Of a stretch of DNA of 64,000 nt, positions 8,123 through 18,067 are shown one piece after another (the first letter of the stretch is position 1; every line of letters begins with the position of its first letter). Source of the stretch: Ignavibacteria bacterium (GTDB taxonomy: Bacteria > Bacteroidota > Ignavibacteria > UBA10030 > SZUA-254); NCBI GenBank assembly GCA_016178625.1, contig JACOSX010000135.1:7130-71129 (forward strand), given 5' to 3'. The notes beneath the pieces are model-generated. The model saw nothing but the letters and a program-made list of their open reading frames with translations, was not told the origin of the DNA and did not search any database. The translations under genes and the position numbers were made by a program.

Positions 8123-9958
8123 GTGAAGTTGCCTTCGCTCTCATATTTGGTTCAGCAATCACTCAGGACCTACTTTAGATTCCCGATAGCTCTTCTCGAT
8201 GCAATCATCGGGACAATAGCCGCCGTGGTCCTTATCAATCACGAGGGCGAGCCATCAAACAAAATAATTTATAATGTCATCATCGTTGCTGCTCTCGGCA
8301 TCGCGTTCCTCACGACGATCGTGTTGTTTGGGGAAAAAAGGAAATGGAGTCAATCAGCGAGGCTGCTTGCCCAGTCTCTTGGTGCGGCGGCTCTCGTTGG
8401 ATATTTCTTCACGCTCCCAGCCGATGTCTCATCCGCCCCATCGCTTCATCTGATCCGTTTCGCAATGCTGGTTGTCGGGATGCACTTCCTGACAGCAGCA
8501 GCGCCATTCACCGGCAGGGATGAGGTGAACGGCTTCTGGCAGTACAACAAGACGTTGTTCCTCAGGTTTCTCACCGCAATGCTTTACTCAGGTGTTCTAT
8601 TCGCAGGCCTGGCAGTTGCACTCGAAGCGCTTGAACACCTGTTCGGTATGAACATTCCTGCGAAGCGTTACGGACAGCTCTGGGTTATCATCATGGGAAT
8701 CTTCAATACATGGTTTTTCCTCGCCGGAGTTCCGGAGAATTTAGACTCGTTGAACGCAAGCACAGAATATCCCAAGGGTTTGAAGGTGTTCACGCAGTAT
8801 ATTCTGATGCCCCTCGTTGTAATTTACCTGCTCATTCTCTACGCGTACGCGGGAAAGATTATCGTACATTGGAATTGGCCCCAAGGATACGTCAGCAAAA
8901 TGATTCTCAGTTTCTCGATCACCGGGATCCTTTCCCTCTTACTCGTTCAGCCAATCAAAGAGCGGGAGGAGAATGTCTGGATCAAGACGGTCTCGATCTG
9001 GTATTATCCGATCTTGATTCCGCTCGACATTATGCTCCTTCTGGCAATTTGGAGAAGAATTTCTGACTACGGAATAACCGAGAGCAGATATGTTGTTCTT
9101 GTGCTTGGCATCTGGCTGACTGGAATGACGATTTATTTCACCCTCGGGAAACAGAAAAATATTAAAATCATACCATCGACGCTGTGTGTCATTGCGTTTC
9201 TCTCCGCGTTTGGTCCGTGGGGCGCGTTTCAAGTTTCCGCTAACAGCCAACTGGGTCGATTGGCACCCTTGCTTGCAAAGAATGATATTCTCGTTAATGG
9301 AAAGATTCATCGCGATCATCGACAAGTATCTGCTCAAGATGCCAAGGATATCACCTCACATGTCACCTATCTAACGAGCGTGCATGGCGTCGCGCCACTC
9401 CAGCCTTGGTTTGAATCGTCCCTCGACACCGTTGGTAATCAGGGAGGAATACCAAACAGTGGACTGCGAGATCTTACGCCGAGAAAGCTTGTTGCAATGA
9501 TGGGAGTTGATTACATTAGTCAATGGGAAACTGGACCCGCGGAGTACGTTACCTTCGTACCGAAGAAGGCATCGGTCGTCGAGATCGAAGGGTACTCCCA
9601 TCTAATCCCGCTACAGCAATATGGCGAGAAATCAAAAACGATCAAACTCGGCGATGGTGAATACACAATCTTCTTCGACGGTAAGACCATCATCGTGTCG
9701 ATAACGTTCTCAGACAATCAATTGGATTCTCTGCGATTTGATATGCAGCCAGTCATTAAAAGTCTCTTTGAGCAATATGGAACGAGCAGCTTCACGAACG
9801 AGATCCCGCAAGAGAAGTTGATGACAGAAATAACCGGAAGAAGGATAAAAGCAAAGATTTGTTTTCATAGTCTCCATGCTCGCAAGAGCGACATGAGCAT
9901 GCAATCGAATTTCATTGATGCCGATCTTTTTGTAGGACTCATTGTCCCGCATGAATAA
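8123..9958 (+). CDS. Polytopic membrane protein (DUF4153-like) with C-terminal soluble domain
   Basis: GTG start 1 nt after the M14 stop. About 10 hydrophobic helices occupy the first ~380 aa, followed by a ~230-aa hydrophilic domain. The family assignment is tentative. Confidence 0.6.
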   Translation: MKLPSLSYLVQQSLRTYFRFPIALLDAIIGTIAAVVLINHEGEPSNKIIYNVIIVAALGIAFLTTIVLFGEKRKWSQSARLLAQSLGAAALVGYFFTLPADVSSAPSLHLIRFAMLVVGMHFLTAAAPFTGRDEVNGFWQYNKTLFLRFLTAMLYSGVLFAGLAVALEALEHLFGMNIPAKRYGQLWVIIMGIFNTWFFLAGVPENLDSLNASTEYPKGLKVFTQYILMPLVVIYLLILYAYAGKIIVHWNWPQGYVSKMILSFSITGILSLLLVQPIKEREENVWIKTVSIWYYPILIPLDIMLLLAIWRRISDYGITESRYVVLVLGIWLTGMTIYFTLGKQKNIKIIPSTLCVIAFLSAFGPWGAFQVSANSQLGRLAPLLAKNDILVNGKIHRDHRQVSAQDAKDITSHVTYLTSVHGVAPLQPWFESSLDTVGNQGGIPNSGLRDLTPRKLVAMMGVDYISQWETGPAEYVTFVPKKASVVEIEGYSHLIPLQQYGEKSKTIKLGDGEYTIFFDGKTIIVSITFSDNQLDSLRFDMQPVIKSLFEQYGTSSFTNEIPQEKLMTEITGRRIKAKICFHSLHARKSDMSMQSNFIDADLFVGLIVPHE

Positions 9959-10021
9959 CGTTCTCATATAAAAAACAAGAGACAATTTCTGAACACGCCC
10001 ATGATCGAGAAGGATATAACC

Positions 10022-12259
10022 ATGTCACCATCCAATCATCGTTCCATCCGACAGTTTGTAGCTCTGATCTTGATCTTTGCGTTGGCTGTTACAATCAACG
10101 CTCAAGAGAAAAAGAAAATCACTCTGGCGATCGCGTTCAACATACCTCCGCTTCAGCTCACGAAAAAACTACCGGACATCACGGGTTGGCAGGATGACAA
10201 GACCTATATAGAATCCAAGAAGAAAGAAGGAGAAGAAACGGCGCGGTCGTATCTCATCGACGCGAAAAGTGGAGAGGAACGAGGTGAGAAATCTGAAGTG
10301 AAATGGGACGATTTTAAGACTGTTGTTGGTGAAGGCTTTGATGTCTCGAAACCGCTCATCTCCACCAAGGAAAACACGAAGCACATCTATGCAAAGGATC
10401 ACGATCTCTATGTGTTAGATGTTCAGAAGAAAGAATTCAAGCGGCTCACGAATAATTCTTCCGAAGAAAAGAATCCCACTTTTTCGCCTGATGGAAAATT
10501 CATTGCGTTCACACGCGACAACAATCTGTTTGCCATCGATCTCAGCAATGGAAAGGAGATGCAGTTTACAAGCGACGGCGGGGAAGTTGTCTACAACGGC
10601 TGGGCAGCCTGGGTCTACTATGAAGAAATCTTAGGCAGACCTTCGCGTTACCGTGCATTCTGGTGGTCGCCGGACAGTAAGGAGATTGCATTTTATCGTT
10701 TCGACGAAACGAATGTGCCAATGTTTCCGATCTACAACTCAAAGGGTCAGCATGGCACGTTGGAACGAACGCGTTACCCGAAAGCAGGTGATCCGAACCC
10801 GATGGTGAAGCTCGGTATTGTTGATGTTTCTTCAGCAAATATCGTGTGGGCTGCCTTCAATGAAAAAGACGATCAGTATTTCGGAACGCCGTTCTGGACT
10901 CCCAAGGGAGACGAGCTCTGGACACAGTGGATGAATCGCCGACAAGACGACGTAAAAATCTACAGCATTGATCTTCGAACCGGGGCAAAGAGGGAAGTCT
11001 ATGATGAACGGCAAAGCTCGTGGGTGGACTGGTTCGATGATATTCATTTCCTGAAGGACAATAAAGGATTCATCATCAAGAGCGACAACGATGGTTGGGC
11101 TCATTGCTATTTGTATTCAATGGATGGGAAACTGAAGAACCGAATCACTCAAGGCAAATGGCAGGTGGTGAATATTGAGCTGATCGATGAAGAAAACGAT
11201 CTACTCTATTTCACGGCTAAGAAGGAAGCATCAACGCGAACTGATCTTTACAACGTACGACTCAATGGCGGAGGATTGAAAAGATTAACCTTCGGTAACT
11301 TCACACATGCTGTTCGTCTTTCTCAAAAGGGTTCCTACTTTATCACAACGTATTCCAATGTTGCAACGCCTCCGAAGATGGCGTTGTGCGATAATAATGG
11401 AAAAACAATCCGCGAACTTGGGAATAGTTGGCAGAAAGATATCGATGAATATGAATTGGCAACAACAGATCTCATCACGATTCCAACGTCCGACGGGTAC
11501 AACTTGCCGGCACTGTTAACCCTCCCTCTCCATCTTGATCAGGCCAAAAAACATCCAGTCTTGATTAGCATCTATGGTGGACCAAATGCGGGGACAGTTG
11601 CCGATGGCTGGCGACTTTCGATCCAAGCTCAAGGTCTTGCGACCGAAGGGCTCATCCAACTCGCGGTTGACCATCGCGCGTCGGGGCACTTTGGAAAAGA
11701 AGGCGTCGCGCTCATGTACCGCAATCTCGGCAAGTGGGAGATGAACGATTACATCGAGGCAGTAAAGTGGCTGCGACAGAAACCGTACGTTGATTCATCC
11801 AGGATTTGCATCACTGGCGGAAGCTACGGAGGATACGTGACCTGTATGGCGCTGACCTATGGTGCCGATTATTTTCCGTATGGCATCGCAAGCTTTTCCG
11901 TCACCGATTGGAAACTCTACGATACCCACTACACCGAGCGGTTTATGGATACACCCGCACATAACCCTGACGGCTATGCCTTTGGTTCGGTGATGACTCA
12001 TGTTAATAAGTATAAGGGTTTGCTTCGAATCGTCCATGGCTCAACGGACGACAACGTTCATACCCAGAATTCCCTCCAGCTTGTTGACACGTTGGAAAAC
12101 TTAGGTAAGCATTTCGAGTTCATGCTCTATCCCAACGAACGGCATGGCTGGGGTCCGCCGAAGTCCGATCACTCGCGGATGGAGGCAATCCAGTTCTATT
12201 ACAAATATCTGCTCAAGAAGGAATTTCCCGAGGAAGTCTTCGCGAAGAAACCCAAGTGA
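10022..12259 (+). CDS. Dipeptidyl-peptidase IV (S9B family serine peptidase)
   Basis: N-terminal DPP-IV beta-propeller region (WSPDSKEIAFYRFDE) and catalytic GGSYGGY. VHGSTDDNVH and ERHGW complete the triad. ATG 10022 has GAAGGA upstream, while the ORF-track start 10001 has no SD. Confidence 0.9.
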   Translation: MSPSNHRSIRQFVALILIFALAVTINAQEKKKITLAIAFNIPPLQLTKKLPDITGWQDDKTYIESKKKEGEETARSYLIDAKSGEERGEKSEVKWDDFKTVVGEGFDVSKPLISTKENTKHIYAKDHDLYVLDVQKKEFKRLTNNSSEEKNPTFSPDGKFIAFTRDNNLFAIDLSNGKEMQFTSDGGEVVYNGWAAWVYYEEILGRPSRYRAFWWSPDSKEIAFYRFDETNVPMFPIYNSKGQHGTLERTRYPKAGDPNPMVKLGIVDVSSANIVWAAFNEKDDQYFGTPFWTPKGDELWTQWMNRRQDDVKIYSIDLRTGAKREVYDERQSSWVDWFDDIHFLKDNKGFIIKSDNDGWAHCYLYSMDGKLKNRITQGKWQVVNIELIDEENDLLYFTAKKEASTRTDLYNVRLNGGGLKRLTFGNFTHAVRLSQKGSYFITTYSNVATPPKMALCDNNGKTIRELGNSWQKDIDEYELATTDLITIPTSDGYNLPALLTLPLHLDQAKKHPVLISIYGGPNAGTVADGWRLSIQAQGLATEGLIQLAVDHRASGHFGKEGVALMYRNLGKWEMNDYIEAVKWLRQKPYVDSSRICITGGSYGGYVTCMALTYGADYFPYGIASFSVTDWKLYDTHYTERFMDTPAHNPDGYAFGSVMTHVNKYKGLLRIVHGSTDDNVHTQNSLQLVDTLENLGKHFEFMLYPNERHGWGPPKSDHSRMEAIQFYYKYLLKKEFPEEVFAKKPK

Positions 12260-12326
12260 TGAATTTAACGTGAGCGATATGGAAGCGTCGTTCAAACTTT
12301 CGATCATCCTGTGAATATTCTTTTGC

Positions 12327-14516
12327 ATGGCTCTTGGTTTTTTATGCTCAGGAATCATCATGACATTTTCAACTCATAGTGTTGTTGTTGCTATCCTTAA
12401 GAAAAGTATAATCGTTTCGGTCCTGGTAGGTCTGCTCACCGCGTTGTGCTGCGAGGTTTCTCCGTCTCAAACCATTACTTGGAAGGACATCAGCGGCGTG
12501 CCGGGTTGTTCAATCCTTGCAGAAGGCGATCACGGTACGTTATATGCCGTCACTTTTTTTGATTCTCGATATTATAGTTCTTCAGATCATGGGTTGTTGT
12601 GGGTGAGAAGCTCGCAACCTGGAGGGCAAATAGAGGAATTTGTTGCCAAAGGAAATATCGTGGTAGCGAGCAGGTTTGTTCAAGGTGTTACAAACATCCA
12701 CCAGGTCTTTCTTTCTACCGATGCTGGTTCAAGCTGGCGTAGGATTCTCAGTGAACCGGATTTCTATTACCAGAATTTTTCCATTTCAGATTCGGGCGTT
12801 GTATTCGCCGCGGTTACGATTACTCTTCCCACAGAACGGAAGATTCGCTTCGCACGATATAATGGACAAGGGTGGGATCTCATCGGTTCGTATCTGCCGT
12901 TCTCAGGCGCGGGTTATACCACAGCAACAGTCGCCGGACCAAATCTGTTCATTGTGGTCGGTCCGGGAGGGGCATATCTCTCTACCGATTATGCAGTGAC
13001 ATGGACGAATAGTCTTGCGATTGGAGGAGCGGCGATCGATTATGGGCGGTCAAATAAACTAGTGATGGGCGTCAGTGCCGATCGATCAGTGGAAGGTGGG
13101 GTATTCGTCTCCAGCGATCTTGGACAGCATTGGAGCAATCTTGGATTAGCGGGAAAATTTATTACCTCGGTTTCGTCTGACACAACTGGGACAATCTTCG
13201 CGACAACGGACTTCGGTATCTACCGCCACAAAGCGGGGGCTGACACTTGGGAATATGTTGGTCCAATCTCTAAGTTCTTCGATAAGATTATTGTCACGTC
13301 GTCGGATGAAGAAATAGCTGCCAGTACGGACTATGGTATATTTCGGTCGACTGACCACGGCTCAACCTGGTCACCGAATGGTCCGCGTAAGGCAGATATC
13401 TTCGCACTCCTCACCACGCCTGCAGGTGATATTTTTACAGGCACGCTGGGAAATCGGATCTTCAAGTCAACGAATGGTGGATTGAGTTGGCAACAGTCAT
13501 CCATCGGCTCGATAGGTGATTACGTTTACTCATTGGCTTTCGGTGGTTCAACGGTCTATGCTGGAACAGATGATGGTCTCTACGCATCCACAGACAACGG
13601 TGAAACCTGGGAAAATAAGAGTCATCGAAGCGTCAGTGGATCTGCCTATGCTGTTGTCAGTAGTTCTTGGGGCGACATCTTCATCGGAACGAACTTTGGA
13701 ATGTATTCTTCATCTGACGGTGGCAATACGTGGACAACGGCGGGTCTTAATAATTCGAAGGTTCTCTTTCTCGCCGCAAGTGCTTCGGGGATTCTCTACG
13801 CTGCCACCGACCATGACGGAGTTTTTTCTTCCAACGATCATGGTTTGACATGGCACAGTCGCGGATTGGTGCGAAATGACATACAGACGATCGCCGTGAA
13901 CCCTGATAATCAAGTGTTCATCGGAGTGTACGGAGGAATCTTTCACTCCTCCGATGATGGTGTAAGCTGGGCGCAAAAGACATTCACAGATGGATATGTG
14001 TACGCGCTTGCGTTTCAGGGATCGCAGAACGTATTTGCGGGAACACCCTCAGGCGTATTCGTTTCGGACACTGGGGGAAATTCATGGGTCGCCGACGGGC
14101 TGCAAAATCAATCTGTCCTTTGTCTTACTTTCGATGGAAGTCAGAACCTGGTTGCGGGCGCATATCGCGGCGGAGTGTACCAAAGCGCGCAGGCGCTCAC
14201 TGCCGTAGAGGTTACACAAGAGTATCCTTCCACAACGCAGCTGTTCCAAAATTATCCCAACCCGTTCAACCCATCGACGCGTCTCGAGTTTCAGCTCGCA
14301 GAGTACGGATTGGTAACTCTGAAATTGTTTAATGTTCTTGGCGAAGAAGTTACAACACTCATCAGCGAGCGAAGAGCGCCGGGGGACTACCGTATAGAGT
14401 GGGATGGAAGCCATCAGCCGAGCGGCGTTTATTTCTATCGACTCCAAGTCGACTACCCATCTGCCGGCGGTCGACGGGGATTCACAAGTGTGAAGAAGAT
14501 GTTGCTGGTTCGTTAA
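12327..14516 (+). CDS. BNR/Asp-box repeat beta-propeller protein with T9SS C-terminal sorting domain
   Basis: Many S.D.G.(T/S)W Asp-box repeats are present (STDAGSSWRR, SSDLGQHWSN, STDHGSTWSP, STNGGLSWQQ, STDNGETWEN, SSDGGNTWTT, SNDHGLTWHS, SSDDGVSWAQ). The C-terminus carries a T9SS signal. Confidence 0.8.
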   Translation: MALGFLCSGIIMTFSTHSVVVAILKKSIIVSVLVGLLTALCCEVSPSQTITWKDISGVPGCSILAEGDHGTLYAVTFFDSRYYSSSDHGLLWVRSSQPGGQIEEFVAKGNIVVASRFVQGVTNIHQVFLSTDAGSSWRRILSEPDFYYQNFSISDSGVVFAAVTITLPTERKIRFARYNGQGWDLIGSYLPFSGAGYTTATVAGPNLFIVVGPGGAYLSTDYAVTWTNSLAIGGAAIDYGRSNKLVMGVSADRSVEGGVFVSSDLGQHWSNLGLAGKFITSVSSDTTGTIFATTDFGIYRHKAGADTWEYVGPISKFFDKIIVTSSDEEIAASTDYGIFRSTDHGSTWSPNGPRKADIFALLTTPAGDIFTGTLGNRIFKSTNGGLSWQQSSIGSIGDYVYSLAFGGSTVYAGTDDGLYASTDNGETWENKSHRSVSGSAYAVVSSSWGDIFIGTNFGMYSSSDGGNTWTTAGLNNSKVLFLAASASGILYAATDHDGVFSSNDHGLTWHSRGLVRNDIQTIAVNPDNQVFIGVYGGIFHSSDDGVSWAQKTFTDGYVYALAFQGSQNVFAGTPSGVFVSDTGGNSWVADGLQNQSVLCLTFDGSQNLVAGAYRGGVYQSAQALTAVEVTQEYPSTTQLFQNYPNPFNPSTRLEFQLAEYGLVTLKLFNVLGEEVTTLISERRAPGDYRIEWDGSHQPSGVYFYRLQVDYPSAGGRRGFTSVKKMLLVR
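14238..14513 (+). other. T9SS C-terminal sorting domain (CTD) coding segment of the BNR protein
   Basis: LFQNYPNPFNPSTRLEFQL...LKLFNVLGEEV...GDYRIEWDG...PSGVYFYRLQ is the canonical Por secretion-tail pattern. Confidence 0.7.
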
Positions 14517-14767
14517 CAAGTCGCCGGTAATGAACTCTCAAGACTATCCTTGATTCTTACTGTCATTTTTGCTATCATTAAACAGTTCTACGTCCGTCCA
14601 ATATCCAAATAAAGGCAACTAACCGTCGAATGACTTCAGAGAGCTTCCCTCTCATTATATGTTTAAGTATCCCCTCACAAGGAAGTATTGGTAATGCACA
14701 ATTTCCATTCCTGCCAGTATTTCTCTCATAAAAACAGTTCTCCTTGCCTAAACAGAAACCTGTGGCA

Positions 14768-17293
14768 ATGAGTATGCGGTTGCTGGTTGTTTTGTTTTGT
14801 ATCGTTTTCTCCTTCTCATGTGCTCTTGCCGGAACGAGCGGCATTCTTGAGGGCAGAGTCATTGATAAAGACACGAAAGAACCTCTGGTGGGTGTATCAG
14901 TTATCATTGTTGGCACATCTCAGGGTGCGGCAACGGATGTCGACGGAAATTTCCAGATCAATAATGTCGAAGCTGGTATGTACGATCTCCGGTTCACGAA
15001 CATTGGTTACCAAACTTTGGTCTACCGGAAGGTTGACGTTCGCACCGATCTGCGCACAAAGATTTCCATAGAGCTTGTTCCTTCTGCCGTTGAATTGGGC
15101 GAGATCGAAGTAACTGCAGAACGTCCGTTGATCGAGAAGGATGTCACGAGTACCAATTATTCTCTCGGGCAGTCCCAGGTTGACAAGTTGCCGATCCGGA
15201 ACGTTCAGGATCTCATTACTCTGTTTCCAAGTGTCACCGCGGAGGGAAATGTTCGTGGGGGTAAAATTACCGAAGTTGTTTACATGGTTGACGGGTTGCC
15301 GATGCAAGATGTTGTGGGAGGCGGCGTTGGAAGTACATTGCCGAAGAGCTCGATTACGGAATTTTCTATACAGTCCGGCGGGTTCGATGCAGAATATGGC
15401 AACGCTCTTTCCGGGGTCATCAATATTATCACCCGTCGTGGTACCGACCGACACAACCTTGTGTTGCGAGTGGAAAAAGATGACTGGCTTGCAGGCGGAT
15501 GGAATCAGCAGCATAATCGATCTTCAGAAATTGAATGGACGCTGTCTGGGCCGCTCGTCCGTGAACGTCTTCACTACTTCACTGCAAACACCATCCAACT
15601 GAACGATACGCGCTGGTGGCAGGATTTTAACAAATTCTTCAACTCTCCCGTCACGTCAGATGTGAGTGGCTTGGGAAAACTGGATTATACTGTCTCATCG
15701 CGCGTCCGTCTCACCGCACAGAATGTGTATTCCGTCAAACGCTGGCGGGATTACGAATTCAGTTGGCGATTCAATCTCAATGGCTTGCCTCCGAGGAGGC
15801 GTTCTTCGTATCGCACAACAGCCACACTCTCTCACACGATCTCTGATATTGTTCATTACTCGTTAAGTTTCAGCCATTACTTTTTGGAATCACGATTGGG
15901 TGAGGACAAGAATGCTCTCGATCTCACGCCATACGAATATGATTTTTATCTCGAGTATGTCACCCGCGGAAGCAGGGCATGGTGGTCGGATACGAAACAG
16001 AAGATCTACACCGGAAAGACTGATTTCGTGATCCAGCCGAATCCACATAACGTTATCAAGATGGGATTTGAGTTGAACCAGTACGATATCTTTTCGGATA
16101 TCGTGAAGTACGAACCGCAGCGCACATATTTCGGAAAGATTCTTCCCGATGAACCGCTGCTCAATTATAGCACGGCATATCACTATTATCCGAGGGCGGG
16201 CAGCGCGTATTTCCAGGATAAATTGGAAGTGGAGAAGGATGGAGCCGTCGTGAACTTAGGTTTCCGATGGGACTTCCTCGACCCGCGCAGTGAGCGCCCA
16301 GTTGTTGAATACGTCAAACCAGATAGCACTGCGGGGCAATTTCAATCTCAAGTGACGAGGTTCGTGCCTGCATCGCTCAAGCAGCAGATCAGTCCGCGCA
16401 TGGGCTTATCATTCCCGCTCATGTATAACATGTTGCTGGTGATGAACTACGGTCACTACTTTCAGTTCCCTCTCTTTGATTATCTATATTCTGGTATCAA
16501 TCCACAACAATTGCGGAGCGGCGTCAGTGTTCTTGTCGGGAATCCGGACTTGAAGCCCGAACGAACACATGCATGGGAGATCGGTGTCAAATATGGTCTC
16601 GATGAAAAATCGCTCTTAAGCGTGACGTACTTCAAGAAGGAGTTCATTGACCAGATTGATTCAAAGACCTTTCTCCCATCAAAAGCCCGTCTTGCTGGTG
16701 ATTATGGATTTGCCGAGTATGTCAACAATGCATTTGCGAATGCAGAGGGTCTTGAGTTCGTCCTCTCCCGGAATCGCGACGAGAAACTTTCAGGATCAAT
16801 TTCATATTCACTCATGAGGACGGAAGGGGTGAGTGAATATGTGAACCAGGGAATCAATTTACAACAGTGGGGGTTTCCGGTGTTGAATGAGCCTTACCCA
16901 TTGAGTTGGGATCAACTGCATACGTTGAAGGTTGCTGTTGATGCTCAACTACCGTTAGAGATCGTGTGTAATATGATCTGGACGTACAATACGGGCCGAC
17001 CGTACACGTACTTCCCCACCCGCGATGGGTACACCGCTGAGGACACGACGGTAGCATTTATTCCCAACAATGCGCGACTACCGGCAGACAATCTTGTCAA
17101 CGTCAAGTTCTCGAAGAAGTTTGTGATTGGGGGGCTAACGTCATTGTCGGTATATGGAGATATCCGCAATCTCTTCAATGCAAAGAACGCAAAGTGGTCT
17201 GATGCGAACGGACGAATCGGCGGACAGCTCGCCGATCCTTCCGCCTACTATGAACCTCGTCGAGTATCGATAGGACTTCGTTATGAGATGTAA
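14768..17293 (+). CDS. TonB-dependent receptor with N-terminal CarboxypepD_reg-like domain
   Basis: Signal peptide. GRVIDKDTKEPLVGVSVIIVGTSQGAATDVDGNFQINNVEAGMYDLRF is the carboxypeptidase regulatory-like domain. A plug and a long beta-barrel ending ...GLRYEM follow. The ORF-track TTG start is 14744. Confidence 0.9.
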   Translation: MSMRLLVVLFCIVFSFSCALAGTSGILEGRVIDKDTKEPLVGVSVIIVGTSQGAATDVDGNFQINNVEAGMYDLRFTNIGYQTLVYRKVDVRTDLRTKISIELVPSAVELGEIEVTAERPLIEKDVTSTNYSLGQSQVDKLPIRNVQDLITLFPSVTAEGNVRGGKITEVVYMVDGLPMQDVVGGGVGSTLPKSSITEFSIQSGGFDAEYGNALSGVINIITRRGTDRHNLVLRVEKDDWLAGGWNQQHNRSSEIEWTLSGPLVRERLHYFTANTIQLNDTRWWQDFNKFFNSPVTSDVSGLGKLDYTVSSRVRLTAQNVYSVKRWRDYEFSWRFNLNGLPPRRRSSYRTTATLSHTISDIVHYSLSFSHYFLESRLGEDKNALDLTPYEYDFYLEYVTRGSRAWWSDTKQKIYTGKTDFVIQPNPHNVIKMGFELNQYDIFSDIVKYEPQRTYFGKILPDEPLLNYSTAYHYYPRAGSAYFQDKLEVEKDGAVVNLGFRWDFLDPRSERPVVEYVKPDSTAGQFQSQVTRFVPASLKQQISPRMGLSFPLMYNMLLVMNYGHYFQFPLFDYLYSGINPQQLRSGVSVLVGNPDLKPERTHAWEIGVKYGLDEKSLLSVTYFKKEFIDQIDSKTFLPSKARLAGDYGFAEYVNNAFANAEGLEFVLSRNRDEKLSGSISYSLMRTEGVSEYVNQGINLQQWGFPVLNEPYPLSWDQLHTLKVAVDAQLPLEIVCNMIWTYNTGRPYTYFPTRDGYTAEDTTVAFIPNNARLPADNLVNVKFSKKFVIGGLTSLSVYGDIRNLFNAKNAKWSDANGRIGGQLADPSAYYEPRRVSIGLRYEM

Positions 17294-17297
17294 AGAA

Positions 17298-17924
17298 GTG
17301 TTGACAAGAATCTCTGGGATTGTTTCAGTGTTGCTTCTCGTTGCCATTTCATTCACATGCGAAGAAACATTGCCGACCTATACGCCGCCGAAAAACGTGC
17401 TCGCATTGAATGTCACAACGATTTAACAACTGAATGACAATGTGGCTCCACCCGGCGCGCAAATCGTTCATTTCGTCGTCATTGGAGAGAATGCCCACGA
17501 TGAGGTTTTTCAAGATAGCGTTGATGTCAAAGGGTCTGTGACAATATGGTGGAAACGCAAGCCAAACAGATCCCGGACGGTTTACATCACCGAAAAAAAT
17601 TTTACTGACCGCAATCTCATCCATAATAAGAAATTGCTACTCGTCCCTGGTCAGAAATTCTCTCTCGATATTTATTGGGATCTTAGGACGGACTTTGGGC
17701 TGTACTTACCTGATGAGATGGACTTCTCACGATTACGCCAGCGCTCCTGTGCGAGTAATGTCGCCTGTGCAACCCCGGAAGATTTTGTTGTTGAAGTATC
17801 TTTGAATATCTTCAACCGTCTTGGGTACGTGTTGGCGCCGGCGAGGGAGTTCAAATTTATAGGGAGAGCCTGCGTCAATTGCGGATACCCGCCATGTACA
17901 GTTCCCGTCGGCGGTTGCGGTTGA
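17298..17924 (+). pseudogene. Lipoprotein ORF interrupted by an in-frame TAA (17424-17426); partner gene of the TonB receptor
   Basis: GTG 17298 gives a signal/lipobox-like peptide MLTRISGIVSVLLLVAISFTCEETLPTYTPPKNVLALNVTTI, then TAA. The same frame continues QLNDNVAPPGAQIVHF... into the 160-aa ORF 17442..17924. The ORF starts 4 nt after the receptor stop. Confidence 0.5.
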
Positions 17925-18067
17925 CAATCTTCCTACACCACGGTGGTTCCAGAGTTTTGTTTGTCGTATGAAGTAGTACAACACAGCATAGAACCCTTTT
18001 TCCGCTTAGCTTTCCTTCCTACAATGCAACTTACCGAACGTTCCAATCGTAGAAGGAATCAATCTCG

